NCBI GenBank assembly: GCA_963850305.1 | Contig: CAWKKR010000008.1 | Coordinates: 288,001 to 352,000 of the forward strand | From: an uncultured delta proteobacterium | GTDB taxonomy: Bacteria; Myxococcota_A; Polyangia; Polyangiales; Polyangiaceae | Direction of reading: 5' to 3' | Length of the DNA: 64,000 bases | Part shown: positions 39,181-52,975 of the stretch, one piece after another | Layout: the number at the start of each line of letters is the position of its first letter | Position numbering within the stretch: the first letter of the stretch is position 1 | The notes under the pieces: generated by a model | Told to the model about the DNA's origin: nothing | The model's input: only the letters and a program-made list of their open reading frames with translations | Databases searched by the model: none | Program-made: the position numbers and the translations under genes

Positions 39181-39925
39181 TCACGGCAGTTTTTCGGGCC
39201 CCGGCAGGCCGCCCTGGCCCTCCACGAACGCGACGATCGAGTCGCCGAGCTTCGCGTCGTTCTCCACGCATTTCTTGCTGACGTCGCCCACGTCCACGCC
39301 CTTGCATTCCCTGCGCTGGGCCAGATACGCGTCGTTCACGGTCGCATCCTTGCGGAGCGCCTCGCGCATCCCGTCGTCGATGTGCCGCCACTCGATGCGC
39401 GGATGTTTCGGCTTCGGCGGCTTTCGCGTCGTGACCTCTTCGGTCTGGAGCGAGACGCAGCTGCCGTCCCATCGGAGCGCCTGGTAACCCCCCATTCCGG
39501 TCATCTGCATCCCGCCCTTGGGTGGGGTCTTCGCGGAGAGCAAGAGCACCTCCTCGTCGAACTCGAGAAAGCCACGCACCGACGCACCGTCCGCGTTCCA
39601 TGCTTCCGTTCGTCGCGTGAGGTAGGCGCGTGTCCACGGCGTGTCCTTGGCGAACAAAGCAAGCGCGACGTTGGGGTAAACGCCGGCACAGAGTCGTTCG
39701 ACGAAGTCGTGCGGCACCTTGCACAGGTCCCCGTCCTGGCCGTCGCACTCGGTCGGAAGCGACGCGGCCTTAGCCGGAGACACGGTCGCGACGGGGTCCG
39801 GTGCGGGTTCCGAATCGGACCGCGGCGGCAGCCGGCGCCTCGGGCGCTGCTGCCGGCCTGGATGAACCGCACGCGACGAGGACGGCGCCGATGGGGATGA
39901 AATAAGAACGCACGAGGTCGTGCAC
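39181..39925 (-). CDS. Hypothetical Cys-containing lipoprotein (+1 frameshift near 39818)
   Basis: Lipobox VLVAC in ORF 39770-39952 joins ORF 39181-39783 after removing one G. Confidence 0.65.
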
Positions 39926-40030
39926 CAGAACGCGCCCGGAACGAAGCGTCAAGGACCGGGCCCCCTGCCAACGCGGTCAGCAGGAAGATCGTCGCGGGAG
40001 CCACCCCGACCACCGCCACGCTCACCTTCG

Positions 40031-40251
40031 CTCGACTCGAGCAATCCCGAGCTCGCCCAAGCTCGATCCGGCTCGCGTCGAGCCATCCCGAGCTCGGAGG
40101 AGCGCTCTGCCGCCCGGATGAGCCGTCGCGATGCTCAATCGAGCGCCGCACGACTCGATTCGAGCCGCGCCGAGCTCAATCGAGCGACGCATGACCTCGA
40201 TTCGAGCCGCGGTGAGCTCGCCGGAGCACGGTCTCGCCTCGATTCGAGCCG
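40031..40251 (+). repeat. Degenerate 21/42-bp tandem repeat
   Basis: CTCGATTCGAGCCG at 40154, 40196 and 40238 (42-bp period); related copies at 40031 and 40072. Confidence 0.7.
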
Positions 40252-40422
40252 GCGGGGGCACAGACGAGCTTTTTTTCGCTCGCGACGAGCCGCGCGACGC
40301 AGGCGTGAGCCCCTGGACGCGCTCGACGAGCAAACCGAGCACACGCATGCGCTGCGCTGCCGAGCGAGTGAGCAAAGTCCGGCAACCCCTCCCGATGCGC
40401 TCGAACAGGGGGCCTCGCGCAT

Positions 40423-41280
40423 CTAGGGGCCATCGCTCGACGCGTCCCGGATGGAACGCGTGCCCGCGTCCGCGCTCGCGTCACGTTCCGACGCTCCGCC
40501 GCTTTCGGACGCTCCGTCCGTGGACGCATCGGTCCCTCCCGCGCCCACGCTAGATCCGCCCGACCCGACGGTGGTGCCGCCACTCGACGCATCAGCCTCC
40601 GTGCCCCCGGACGAGCTGCCGGCATCTGCCGTCCCGCCCGCACCCGGTGAGCCGCCAGCTTCCTCTACGCCGCCCGCACCCGGCGATCCGCCCGATTCAT
40701 CTGCGCCACCGGCACCCGGCGATCCGCCCGATTCATCTGCGCCACCGGCACCCGGCGATCCGCCCGATTCATCTGCGCCACCGGCACCCGGCGATCCGCC
40801 GGCACCCGGCGATCCGCCGGCACCCGGCGATCCGCTGGCACCCGGCGAACCGCCAGCACCCGGCGAACCGCTGGCACCCGGCGAACCGCCGGCTTCCTCT
40901 CCGCCGCCGGCACCCGGCGAACCGCTGGCACCCGGCGAACCGCCGGCTTCCTCTCCGCCACCGGCACCCGGCGAACCACCGGCTTCCTCTGCGCCACCGG
41001 CACCCGGCGATCCGCCGGCACCCGACGAGCCGCCCGAACTCGACGAACCGCAATCGCAGATGCCCCATTGCGCGTTCGCGCCGCATCGTTCGCCGCCGGC
41101 GCACGCACCCGGGCCGACACAGGTGCGCGTGTCTCCTGGCGAGCAGAGCCCGTGGCCCGCGTCGTAAGTCGAGTCGCCGAAGAGACTCTTGGAGTCCGAT
41201 GAGCACCCGACCGCGGCCGATACGAGCACGACGACCGCGAGGGCCATCCCCTTGCGCGGGCTTTCGCCCCAGGGAATCAC
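40423..41280 (-). CDS. Lipoprotein with a small Cys-rich module and a Gly/Ser-rich repeat stalk
   Basis: Lipobox AVGC; CSPGDTRTCVGPGACAGGERCGANAQWGICDC; GGSPGA repeats. Confidence 0.75.
   Translation of the reverse strand: MIPWGESPRKGMALAVVVLVSAAVGCSSDSKSLFGDSTYDAGHGLCSPGDTRTCVGPGACAGGERCGANAQWGICDCGSSSSGGSSGAGGSPGAGGAEEAGGSPGAGGGEEAGGSPGASGSPGAGGGEEAGGSPGASGSPGAGGSPGASGSPGAGGSPGAGGSPGAGGADESGGSPGAGGADESGGSPGAGGADESGGSPGAGGVEEAGGSPGAGGTADAGSSSGGTEADASSGGTTVGSGGSSVGAGGTDASTDGASESGGASERDASADAGTRSIRDASSDGP
40620..41030 (-). repeat. Intragenic 18/36-bp tandem repeats (GGSPGA / GGSPGAGGADES)
   Basis: Repeated ccggcacccggcga units with in-frame periods. Confidence 0.9.
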
Positions 41281-41293
41281 TCTCGGAGCTCCC

Positions 41294-43126
41294 TCATTCG
41301 ACGGTCACCGTCTTGGCGAGATTTCGCGGCTGGTCCACGTCCGTGCCCTTGAAGTCAGCCGAATAGTACGCGAGGAGCTGGAGCGGCAAGACGGTCAACA
41401 GAGGCTGCACGACCTCCGGCGCGTTCGGTATTTCGAGGACGTGCTGCGCGAGCGCACGACCCTCTTCGTCGCCTTCGGACACGATGGCGATGACCTGTCC
41501 ATCGCGTGCGCGCACCTCCTGCACGTTCGCGAGCGTCTTTTCGAAGTGACGGTCACGCGGCATCACGACCACGACGGGCATCTTCTCGTCGATCAGCGCT
41601 ATGGGACCGTGCTTCATTTCTCCCGCCGCGTAGCCCTCGGCGTGCGCATAGCTGATCTCCTTCAGCTTGAGCGCGCCCTCGAGCGCAATCGGATACGAGA
41701 GGCCGCGGCCGAGGAAAAGGACGTGCTCGGCCTGGTGGAAATGGCGCGCCACTTCCGCGACGGCGTCCTTGTTCTCGAGCGCGCGCCGCATCACGCTCGG
41801 CAGCTCGACGAGCGCCTGCAACACTTCCCGCGCCCGGGCCTCCGTGAGCGCACCGCGGCGGCGACCGATGTAGACGGACAGCAGCAGGAACGCGACGAGC
41901 TGCGTCGTGAAGCACTTCGTCGATGCGACCCCGATTTCCGGACCCGCGTGCGTGTAGAGCGCGCCGTGCGCGGCGCGCGGGATCGCGCTGTCGAGCACGT
42001 TCGTGATGGCGAGCACGGTTGCGCCGGCTTCCCGGGCAGCGCGGGCGGCGACCAGCGTATCGAGGGTTTCCCCGGACTGGCTCACCGCGACGACGAGATC
42101 GTCCTTGGTGAACACGGGATCCCGGTTGCGCACCTCGCTGGCGAGCTCGACCTGAGTCGGCACGCGGCCGAGTTGCTCGAGCCAGTATCTTCCGACGAGG
42201 CAGGCATGAAAGCTCGTGCCGCACGCGATGAGGTAGACGCGCCCGATGCGCTTGACGGTCTCGGCGTCCACTCCGAGCTCGGCGTCCACGACGTCCGCGG
42301 ATTCCAGCAAGATGCGCCCGCGGATCGTGTCTTCGACCGCGCGCGGCTGCTCGAAGATCTCCTTCAGCATGAAATGCTTGAAGCCGCTCTTCTCGGCCTG
42401 GAGCGGGTTCCAGTCGATGCGCTTCGGGGCTCGGTCGACGACCGTGCCGTCGAGCCGCTCGATGCGCACGCCCGTGGCCGTGAGCTCCGCGAGCTCACCA
42501 TCTTCGAGGAAGATCATGTCGCGCGTGTGGGCGAGGAGCGCCGGGATGTCACTGCCGCACAGGGTCTCTCCGTCGCCGATGCCGATCACGAGAGGCGCGT
42601 CGTGGCGCGCCACGACCAGACGGTCGGGTTCGTTGCGTGACACCACGGCGAGACCGTACGCGCCACGAACCTGGCGCAGCGCGACGCGAACGGCCTCGAA
42701 CAACCCGGACGCCCCCTGCTCGAGCGCGCGGTTGACCAGGTGAGCGACAATCTCGCTGTCCGTATCGCTCGCGAACTTGACGCCTTCACCCTCGAGCTTG
42801 CGCTTGAGGGCGAGGTGATTCTCGATGATACCGTTGTGGGCGAGCGCGACGGCGCCCGCCGCGTGGGGATGCGCGTTCACCTCGCTCGGACGGCCATGCG
42901 TGGCCCACCGGGTGTGTCCGAGCCCGGTCGTCCCCGCGAGGTTCCGGTGCTGGATCGACTTCACCAGATTGTCGAGCTTGCCGACCGCGCGCACGATCTC
43001 GATCTGCGCGCCGTCGTGGATCGCGAGACCCGCGGAGTCGTAGCCTCGGTACTCGAGCTTTCGCAAACCATCGAGGAGGATGGGCGCTGCCGCTCTGGGG
43101 CCGACGTAGCCGACGATGCCGCACAT
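41294..43126 (-). CDS. glmS: Glutamine--fructose-6-phosphate aminotransferase
   Basis: MCGIVGY, LEYRGYDSAG, GHTRWATHG, SQSGET, EGALKLKEISY, DVDQPRNLAKTVTVE. Confidence 0.98.
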   Translation of the reverse strand: MCGIVGYVGPRAAAPILLDGLRKLEYRGYDSAGLAIHDGAQIEIVRAVGKLDNLVKSIQHRNLAGTTGLGHTRWATHGRPSEVNAHPHAAGAVALAHNGIIENHLALKRKLEGEGVKFASDTDSEIVAHLVNRALEQGASGLFEAVRVALRQVRGAYGLAVVSRNEPDRLVVARHDAPLVIGIGDGETLCGSDIPALLAHTRDMIFLEDGELAELTATGVRIERLDGTVVDRAPKRIDWNPLQAEKSGFKHFMLKEIFEQPRAVEDTIRGRILLESADVVDAELGVDAETVKRIGRVYLIACGTSFHACLVGRYWLEQLGRVPTQVELASEVRNRDPVFTKDDLVVAVSQSGETLDTLVAARAAREAGATVLAITNVLDSAIPRAAHGALYTHAGPEIGVASTKCFTTQLVAFLLLSVYIGRRRGALTEARAREVLQALVELPSVMRRALENKDAVAEVARHFHQAEHVLFLGRGLSYPIALEGALKLKEISYAHAEGYAAGEMKHGPIALIDEKMPVVVVMPRDRHFEKTLANVQEVRARDGQVIAIVSEGDEEGRALAQHVLEIPNAPEVVQPLLTVLPLQLLAYYSADFKGTDVDQPRNLAKTVTVE

Positions 43127-43149
43127 GTTGGATACCTCTACCCCGGAGG

Positions 43150-44073
43150 CTACCGGCCCGCCCCGAGACCGGGCAAGAGGCATGCGACGCGCTCGCACAG
43201 CATCCGGTCCGCAGGGCCCATGCGGTCAGTATTCTCTCTCAGCGTCTCGTAATACTGGGCGATCAAGTCGTCGCTCCCGAGCGGCACGCGCGCGCGGAGC
43301 GAGGCCAGTTGCTGGATTGTGTCCTCGCGCAGGGGCCGCACGGCCAGCAAGTGGACCTCCAGGGCCAGGTCGACCCAGTGCGTGTCGTGTGTCTCCGCGG
43401 CGAGCTTCACGGCATACCGGCCCGCGACGTCGACGAGACCCGCGCTCGGAAAATGACCGCCCCGTGCGCCCGACAGCACGTCCTCGAGCGGGCTCGACAG
43501 GATCTTGATGGCCGCCTCGAGCCGGCCGAGCGTGAACATCTTGTCGGCGAGGCGACCGACGTGTTGGAACGCTTCCACATCCGCGGAAGGCGGAGGCATC
43601 GTCGCGACGTTCGCCGACGACTTGCGACGCGGCACGGGTTTACTGCTCGAGGGAGCCGCGAACGGTCCGTCGTCGCTCCCGGGAGTCAGACGGGTGGGCG
43701 GCGGCTCGAGCACGGGGATGGTCGGCCGATCCTCGTCGGGCAGGACGATGACCTCCATCTCGCACGTGCCCACGAAGATGTGGTCGCCCTCGAAGAGCTG
43801 GGCCCTGCCGTGAAGCCTGACCTGATTCACGAAGGTGCCGTTGGCGCTGGCCAGATCTTCGATGAAAGGACGCCCGGCGTCGAACGCGATGCGGGCGTGT
43901 TTCCGGGAGACGAGCCCCTCCCCGACCACGATGTGACAATCCTCGCCCCGCCCGATGAACATGTCGTCATCCGCGATGGGCACGTCGCGATCGGCGAAAT
44001 GAAGGCCATAGCGGACGCCCGCCGGAGCGCCGTGTGCCTCTGACACCGGCATGCGGAAGGGGCCGCTCGTCAT
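43150..44073 (-). CDS. FHA domain-containing protein
   Basis: IGRGEDC..VSRKHA..EDLASANGTFVN. Confidence 0.9.
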   Translation of the reverse strand: MTSGPFRMPVSEAHGAPAGVRYGLHFADRDVPIADDDMFIGRGEDCHIVVGEGLVSRKHARIAFDAGRPFIEDLASANGTFVNQVRLHGRAQLFEGDHIFVGTCEMEVIVLPDEDRPTIPVLEPPPTRLTPGSDDGPFAAPSSSKPVPRRKSSANVATMPPPSADVEAFQHVGRLADKMFTLGRLEAAIKILSSPLEDVLSGARGGHFPSAGLVDVAGRYAVKLAAETHDTHWVDLALEVHLLAVRPLREDTIQQLASLRARVPLGSDDLIAQYYETLRENTDRMGPADRMLCERVACLLPGLGAGR

Positions 44074-44137
44074 CCACCGAAAAGATTACCATAGCGGGAG
44101 ACCGAGTACAGAGACTCGCATCCGACCTCTCCCCACC

Positions 44138-44833
44138 TCAATCCCCGGTGCGGGAGCCCGGAACACCCGAACGGATGAGAAGATAAAGCAGCTGCATGAC
44201 GCCCGTGACGGCGCCCGCGGCGTACGTCATGGCGGCGGCGCGGAGCACTGTGGTGGCGCCCTCGGCCTCGTCCCTCGTGACGATTCCGAGCTCCTCGACG
44301 GCGACCCGCGCGCGGCGCGACGCATCGAACTCCACGGGGAGCGTGACGAGTGTGAAGAGTGCGAACACCGAGAACAGCATGACGCCCGCGTACATGAGCC
44401 CGAGGGAATGAACGACGACCCCGATGCCCGAGAGCATGACCCCGAGGTTCGAACCGAGCATCGCGGGTCGCGCGACGAGCGATCGAAGACGGAGTGGGGC
44501 GTACCCGCGCGCGTCCTGGACGGCGTGGCCCGCTTCGTGTGCGGCAACCCCGACGGCCGCGAGGGATCGACCGTGATAGACGTCCGGCGACAAGCAGAGG
44601 ACGCGCGCCCGCGGGTCGTAGTGGTCCGAGAGAAACCCGGGCGTCTCCTCCACACGCACGCCGGGAACCCCGCGCAGCCGCACGAGCTCGCGCGCGGCTT
44701 CTGCCCCGGAGAGCCCGCGGTGCGAAGGAACGCGCGCGTATCTGGCGAACACGGCCTTGACGTGGAAGCTCGTCCGCACGCTGAGCAGCATCCCCGGCAC
44801 CGCGAGGAGCAAATAGAGGGGGTCGAAAAGCAC
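44138..44833 (-). CDS. Membrane zinc metallopeptidase (YugP-like)
   Basis: SDHYDPR, VAAHEAGHAVQ (HExxH), TLPVEFDASRRA, AAAMTY. Confidence 0.9.
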   Translation of the reverse strand: MLFDPLYLLLAVPGMLLSVRTSFHVKAVFARYARVPSHRGLSGAEAARELVRLRGVPGVRVEETPGFLSDHYDPRARVLCLSPDVYHGRSLAAVGVAAHEAGHAVQDARGYAPLRLRSLVARPAMLGSNLGVMLSGIGVVVHSLGLMYAGVMLFSVFALFTLVTLPVEFDASRRARVAVEELGIVTRDEAEGATTVLRAAAMTYAAGAVTGVMQLLYLLIRSGVPGSRTGD

Positions 44834-44932
44834 GAAGTGGCGCCGACCGTAGCGCGGCGGTCCCGTCTTTCAAGGCCGGAAGCGCCTCCGAGAATCCTTC
44901 CGTGATCGGGCAATGGTAAGAAGGTGCGACCC

Positions 44933-46552
44933 ATGTCCCCGCGAACCACCGGCGATGCGTCGGGCGACGACGCGATCGGCGCCCAGGCGACCGCCCTGAG
45001 CGGGCGCGGCTTCGCGACTCCGCAGAGCGGCGCGACCGTGCGGCTCGCCAAGGTCTGCCCGGCCTGTTTCGAGCGCTACCCAGGCGACTTCCGCGTGTGC
45101 CCCCGCGACGCGACCGAGCTCACCGACGTCTCCGCGGACGAGGAAGTGGACACGCTCCTCGGCGCGACCGTCGGCGACACGTTTTGCATCGTGCGCGCCA
45201 TCGGCGAGGGCGGCATGGCCCGCGTCTACGAGGGGCGCCACGTGCGGCTCCCGAACCGGCGGTTCGCCATCAAGGTCCTGCACCACATGTACGCGCAGCA
45301 GCCCACGATCGTCGCGCGCTTCCAGCGCGAGGCGGAGGCCGCGAGCGGCATCGCGCACCCGAACGTCGTCGACGTCTTCGACGTCGGCACCACGCCGGAC
45401 GGTCGTCCGTATCTGGTGAGCGAGTTCCTCGAGGGCAAGGACTTCGCAACCCTCCTCGACGAGCGCGGACACATCGAGGCGGCCGCGGCGGTCCACGTCG
45501 TCCGCCAGGTCTGTCGCGCGCTCACCGCCGCGCACGCGCGCGGCGTCGTGCACCGCGACGTGAAGCCCGAGAACGTCTTTCTCGTCGGCGACATGGACGC
45601 GCCCATCGTGAAGGTGCTCGACTTCGGCATCTCCAAGTTCGACGTGGCCGGCGGTGCGACGCTCACGCAGACCGGTATGATCATGGGCACGCCGGGCTAC
45701 ATGCCCCCCGAGCAGGCACGCGGCGGAAAGACGGACCAGCGCGCCGACGTCTATGGCGTCGGGGCAATGCTGTATCGCGCGCTCACGGGCCAGCTACCGT
45801 ACGACTCCGACGATGCGAGCGAAACGCTCGGCATGGTGCTCGGAGACGAACCGCCGCCGCGCCCCCGCTCGATCCAGCCGAGCATCCCCGAGGCGCTCGA
45901 GATGGTCATCGAGCTTTCGATGTCGAAAAACCCCGACGATCGGTACCAGTCGATGGCGGAGCTCGACGAACGGCTCGCGCCCTTCGAGCCCGAGTCGTCC
46001 TCCAAGGTCTCGCTGCTTCCACCGCCCCCGGGGAGCCTGCGGCATCGGGGCGGCGTGAAAGCGACGCTGGCGACGCCGACGGCCCGCTCCCCGTCCGTCG
46101 GGGATGTCGAGCGTGACACGCGGGAAGCGCGACTCGCGCGACCGACCCTCGTGATGCTGTCGTTCGTGGCGTACGCGTGGCTCGTGGGGAGCTCCGTCGA
46201 TGGCGGGACCAGCGCCCTCGTGCATTTCCGTGGTGCGGCCGAAGCGACCCCGATGACACGGCTCGTAGTGACGATCGTGGTGGTCGCTTTGTCGCTGGCG
46301 CCGGTCGTCTTCTGGCTCCGGCATCTCGCGGACGTCTGGAAGAGCAGCGTGCGCGCCGTCGAACACGCTCGCGCGCTGCGGCGGGTCGTGCTGGCGGCCA
46401 CGGTCCCGTACGCGTTCTTGTCCCTGGGGCTCAGGGTGCTCACGCCGCCCGCAGATCCGCGCCTACCAACCCTGCTCGCCGGAGTGAGTCTCGCGACGGC
46501 GTTCGTGGCGTACGTGGTCGGGCGGATGGGCGGGAGGAGACGGAGGGGGTGA
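44933..46552 (+). CDS. Eukaryotic-like Ser/Thr protein kinase with C-terminal TM helices
   Basis: IGEGGMARVY, AIKVL, HRDVKPEN, DFG, GTPGYMPPEQ, DVYGVG. Confidence 0.95.
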   Translation: MSPRTTGDASGDDAIGAQATALSGRGFATPQSGATVRLAKVCPACFERYPGDFRVCPRDATELTDVSADEEVDTLLGATVGDTFCIVRAIGEGGMARVYEGRHVRLPNRRFAIKVLHHMYAQQPTIVARFQREAEAASGIAHPNVVDVFDVGTTPDGRPYLVSEFLEGKDFATLLDERGHIEAAAAVHVVRQVCRALTAAHARGVVHRDVKPENVFLVGDMDAPIVKVLDFGISKFDVAGGATLTQTGMIMGTPGYMPPEQARGGKTDQRADVYGVGAMLYRALTGQLPYDSDDASETLGMVLGDEPPPRPRSIQPSIPEALEMVIELSMSKNPDDRYQSMAELDERLAPFEPESSSKVSLLPPPPGSLRHRGGVKATLATPTARSPSVGDVERDTREARLARPTLVMLSFVAYAWLVGSSVDGGTSALVHFRGAAEATPMTRLVVTIVVVALSLAPVVFWLRHLADVWKSSVRAVEHARALRRVVLAATVPYAFLSLGLRVLTPPADPRLPTLLAGVSLATAFVAYVVGRMGGRRRRG

Positions 46553-46558
46553 GAGGCT

Positions 46559-47020
46559 TCAGTCCGCTCTCGGTTCGACGGGGGCGCGCCAGAGTTCCTG
46601 GATGGGTCGGGGCAGGAGGCGGATGAGCTTGGCGGTCTCGTTGGGATCGAGATGTCAATCCATGACGCGGAAGACGGCGCGCGCCGCGAACTCGGGATCG
46701 AGTCGGCCGCCGGGGGGTAGGTCGCGTTCGATGAGCGCCAGGAACTCCTCCAGGGAGCGGACATGCGCCGGCGCCCGGTCAGGCTGCCAGCCGTCATAGA
46801 AAATGCCTCGTACGAGGAGCGGCAGCTGCGCGGCAAGGCCCGCCACCGATGTCAGCGGAAGCCGATCGCGAAGCGCGTGCAGCACGCACCGGAGCGCCGT
46901 GTACGCCACTTTCCTGTCGTCGTCCTGGTCGTCGCGGTGCAGCTCGCTCGTGACGCCTGCAAGCCATTCGTTGGTTTTGTGGAGGGTCCGGTCGATGGAA
47001 TCGATGTGGGTCGTGGTCAT
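46559..47020 (-). pseudogene. DUF2267 family protein with an in-frame TGA at 46655-46657
   Basis: KTNEWL..AYTALRCVLHALRDRL..AQLPLLVRGIFYDGW; after the TGA the same frame continues HLDPNETAKLIRLLPRPIQELW, the expected family C-terminus. Confidence 0.75.
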
Positions 47021-47051
47021 GGGCTACCTCGTCGGGGTTCCCCGTCTCCCA

Positions 47052-47067
47052 TGCAAGAGCGCGGCCA
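47052..47067 (-). promoter_or_regulatory. Sigma-54 promoter candidate for the DUF2267 gene
   Basis: Minus strand TGGCCGCGCTCTTGCA (GG-N10-GC), 31 bp upstream of the ATG. Confidence 0.55.
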
Positions 47068-47115
47068 ACCTCCGCTGCTTGCAGACACGCCCCGGGACAG
47101 CTATCCGTCGATGGC

Positions 47116-47881
47116 ATGTCCGAGGGGAACGAGAAGACCGAAGCCGAAGGGGCTCCGGCTCCAGGTGCAGCGCCCGCGGAGGCGGCGCCCGTCGTGGCAA
47201 CGCCGGCCGTCCCGGAAGCGCCTCCCGCCGGAGCTCCGGTGGCGGATGTGCCTCCCGGCGCCGTAGCACCTGCCCCGGCACCTGCGGAAGCGCCAGCGGA
47301 TTCAGAGGAGGAGGTCGTGCCCGAGGTGGAAGAAGTCGTCGCCCCGACACCGTCGCGGACGACGAGTCCCCATCCGCCGCCACCGCCGCGCCTTCGCACG
47401 GTCGCTTCGGCTGCTGCGGCGCGACCCATCCAGGTGACCGGCGAACCTCGGCTCGCCCGCGATTCTCATGGCGCGCCAGCTCTTCACCATCGGTCCGAAC
47501 GATCCCATCGAGCAGCTCGAGCAGCACATGATGAACTTCCACTTCCGCCACTTGCCCGTCGTCGAAGGGTCGAAGGTCGTCGGACTCATCGGTCACGCCG
47601 ATCTGCTGCACGCGCAATCGAGCTTCCTCTCGACGAGCGCCAAGGCCGAGAACGCCGTGCTCGGCAGACTCCCCGCATCGCGCATCATGCAGCGCGAGCT
47701 CGTCACCGCGCGACCCGACGAGCCGCTTTCCGCAGTCGCCGAGCGTCTCTGGTCGACGCGCGCCGAGGCCATCCTCGTCACCGAAGAGAGCGGCGCGCTC
47801 GTCGGAATCCTGACGGAACGCGACTTCGTGCGTCTCGCGCATCACTTCCTCGGCGCGCAGGACGAACCAAAGAGCGACTGA
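47116..47881 (+). CDS. CBS-pair protein with low-complexity N-terminus (+1 frameshift near 47463)
   Basis: Pro/Ala/Glu-rich start joins (L)MARQLFTIGPND..FRHLPVVE..LVGILTERDF; a separate start at 47468 is also possible. Confidence 0.8.
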
Positions 47882-47983
47882 AGCACGGCGTCGGGGCTGG
47901 GCCGGGCCCGCCGAACGACCTGCGGGAAGGCGCAGCGTCGTATGAGACGCATGGTGTGTACCGTGGGGCCACGCTCGCGAACG

Positions 47984-47999
47984 CGGCATCGATCATGCA
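47984..47999 (+). promoter_or_regulatory. Sigma-54 promoter candidate
   Basis: CGGCATCGATCATGCA (GG-N10-GC), 42 bp before ATG 48042 with an AAGGAG RBS. Confidence 0.45.
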
Positions 48000-48041
48000 G
48001 GAAAGCTCGGGCGACGGAGAAACCCGAAGGAGTCGATCGAC

Positions 48042-51740
<3,699 letters not shown>

Positions 51741-52286
51741 TCAGGAGGATGCGAGGAGCTGTCGCTCGAGGACGGCGAGCCGTCCGCGCAGGCTGCCGTC
51801 GATGGTGTGATCCCCGATGCGGGTCACGACGCCCGCGATGAGCGCCGGATCTTCCCGCCGCTCGACCAGGATCTTGCGCGACGTGCGCTTCTCGAGCTCG
51901 GCGGCCAGGGTGCGGTAATAGTCCTCGGAGAGGGGGCGCGCGCTCGTCACGGTGGCACGGAGCACGCCCGCCTTTTCGTCAGCGAGGCGCGCGAGCATTG
52001 CGGTCACGTCGGGCAGCGCGGCCAGACGTCCGCGCTGCGAAAGGAGGCGAACGGCGTTGATCGCGAGAGGCGACGCCGCGAGCCGGACCCCGATGTCTTG
52101 CAAGATCGCGTCCCGCGACGCTTCGGCGACGACGGGATTCGAGAGGGTCGTCCGGAGCTCTTCGCTTTTGGCATAGGTCTCGGAGAAGCGCCGGATCTGC
52201 TCCGTGGTGGGCTGAACCTGCCCGGCTTCGTCCGCGAGCTCGAAGATGGCGCGCGCATACCGCTCGGCGATCGCAGCCTGGCTCAC
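51741..52286 (-). CDS. atpH: ATP synthase delta subunit
   Basis: AERYARAIF..DPALIAGVVTRIGDHTIDGSLRGRL. Confidence 0.95.
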   Translation of the reverse strand: MSQAAIAERYARAIFELADEAGQVQPTTEQIRRFSETYAKSEELRTTLSNPVVAEASRDAILQDIGVRLAASPLAINAVRLLSQRGRLAALPDVTAMLARLADEKAGVLRATVTSARPLSEDYYRTLAAELEKRTSRKILVERREDPALIAGVVTRIGDHTIDGSLRGRLAVLERQLLASS

Positions 52287-52975
52287 GGGCGAGCCCCGAG
52301 CGGCGCCGTGCCGAGCGCCTTGAGGTAGTCCGCTGCGACGCGTTCGTGATCGGCCGCGGCGAGCTCTCTCGCGATGAGCTCTTCCGCGGATTTCATGGCC
52401 GCAGCGACGGTCTGCCGCACGAGTAGCTGATGTGCCGCCTTCGTCTCCTGCTCGACGAGCAGGCGCGCGTCGCGCTCCATGCGTTCACGACGCTCCCGGG
52501 CCTCCGCGAGGATACGCGCCCGCTCGGCCTCCGCGGTTTCGCGCATCTCGCGACGGATGCGCTCGACCTCTTCGTCCAGGTGCGCAAGCTTCTCTTCGTA
52601 CACGGCAAGACGGGCAGCGGCTTCGTCCTTCATCTTTCCCGCCTCCTCCATGCCGCGGACGATGCGCTCCTTGCGCTTCTTCAACCCGTCCGCGACGGGC
52701 TTCTTGCCGACCGCGATGAGGATGCCGAAGAGGAGGGCCCCGTTGATGAGGTTCGCAAGGAACGGTGGCGCCATCCCTTTCGGCCGATATGCGAGGCTCG
52801 GCTCGACGCCGTCCTTCTCACCGAGGAACCCGTAAGACCAGTTGAACTGGTCCTCCACGCCCTGTTCGGCGCTCGCGGGACGGGTCAGTTCCGCGGAAGG
52901 CAGGGCATGTCCGGTGCCCGCGAACGCGAGCGCGAAAAGCACCATCGCCAGCAGAGAAGCGTGGCGGGCGGTCAT
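52283..52975 (-). CDS. atpF: ATP synthase F0 subunit b with N-terminal extension
   Basis: LANLINGALLFGIL..KKPV..KRKERI coiled coil; ATGA/GTGA overlaps on both sides. Confidence 0.88.
   Translation of the reverse strand: MTARHASLLAMVLFALAFAGTGHALPSAELTRPASAEQGVEDQFNWSYGFLGEKDGVEPSLAYRPKGMAPPFLANLINGALLFGILIAVGKKPVADGLKKRKERIVRGMEEAGKMKDEAAARLAVYEEKLAHLDEEVERIRREMRETAEAERARILAEARERRERMERDARLLVEQETKAAHQLLVRQTVAAAMKSAEELIARELAAADHERVAADYLKALGTAPLGARP

Noticed and set aside
40031..40251. CRISPR-like array
   Set aside because: The conserved unit is only 14 bp, the intervening sequences are related to one another, the period is a multiple of 21, and there are no cas genes.
40620..41030. Plus-strand Pro-rich or HPAIRR-repeat ORFs and a possible array
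   Set aside because: These are shadow frames of the minus-strand Gly/Ser-rich lipoprotein repeats.
43127..43200. glmS ribozyme
   Set aside because: Only 23 bp separate glmS from the upstream FHA gene, leaving no room.
46655..46657. Selenocysteine codon
   Set aside because: Not a redox Cys position in DUF2267 as far as can be seen, no evident SECIS hairpin, and a CGA to TGA change is simpler.
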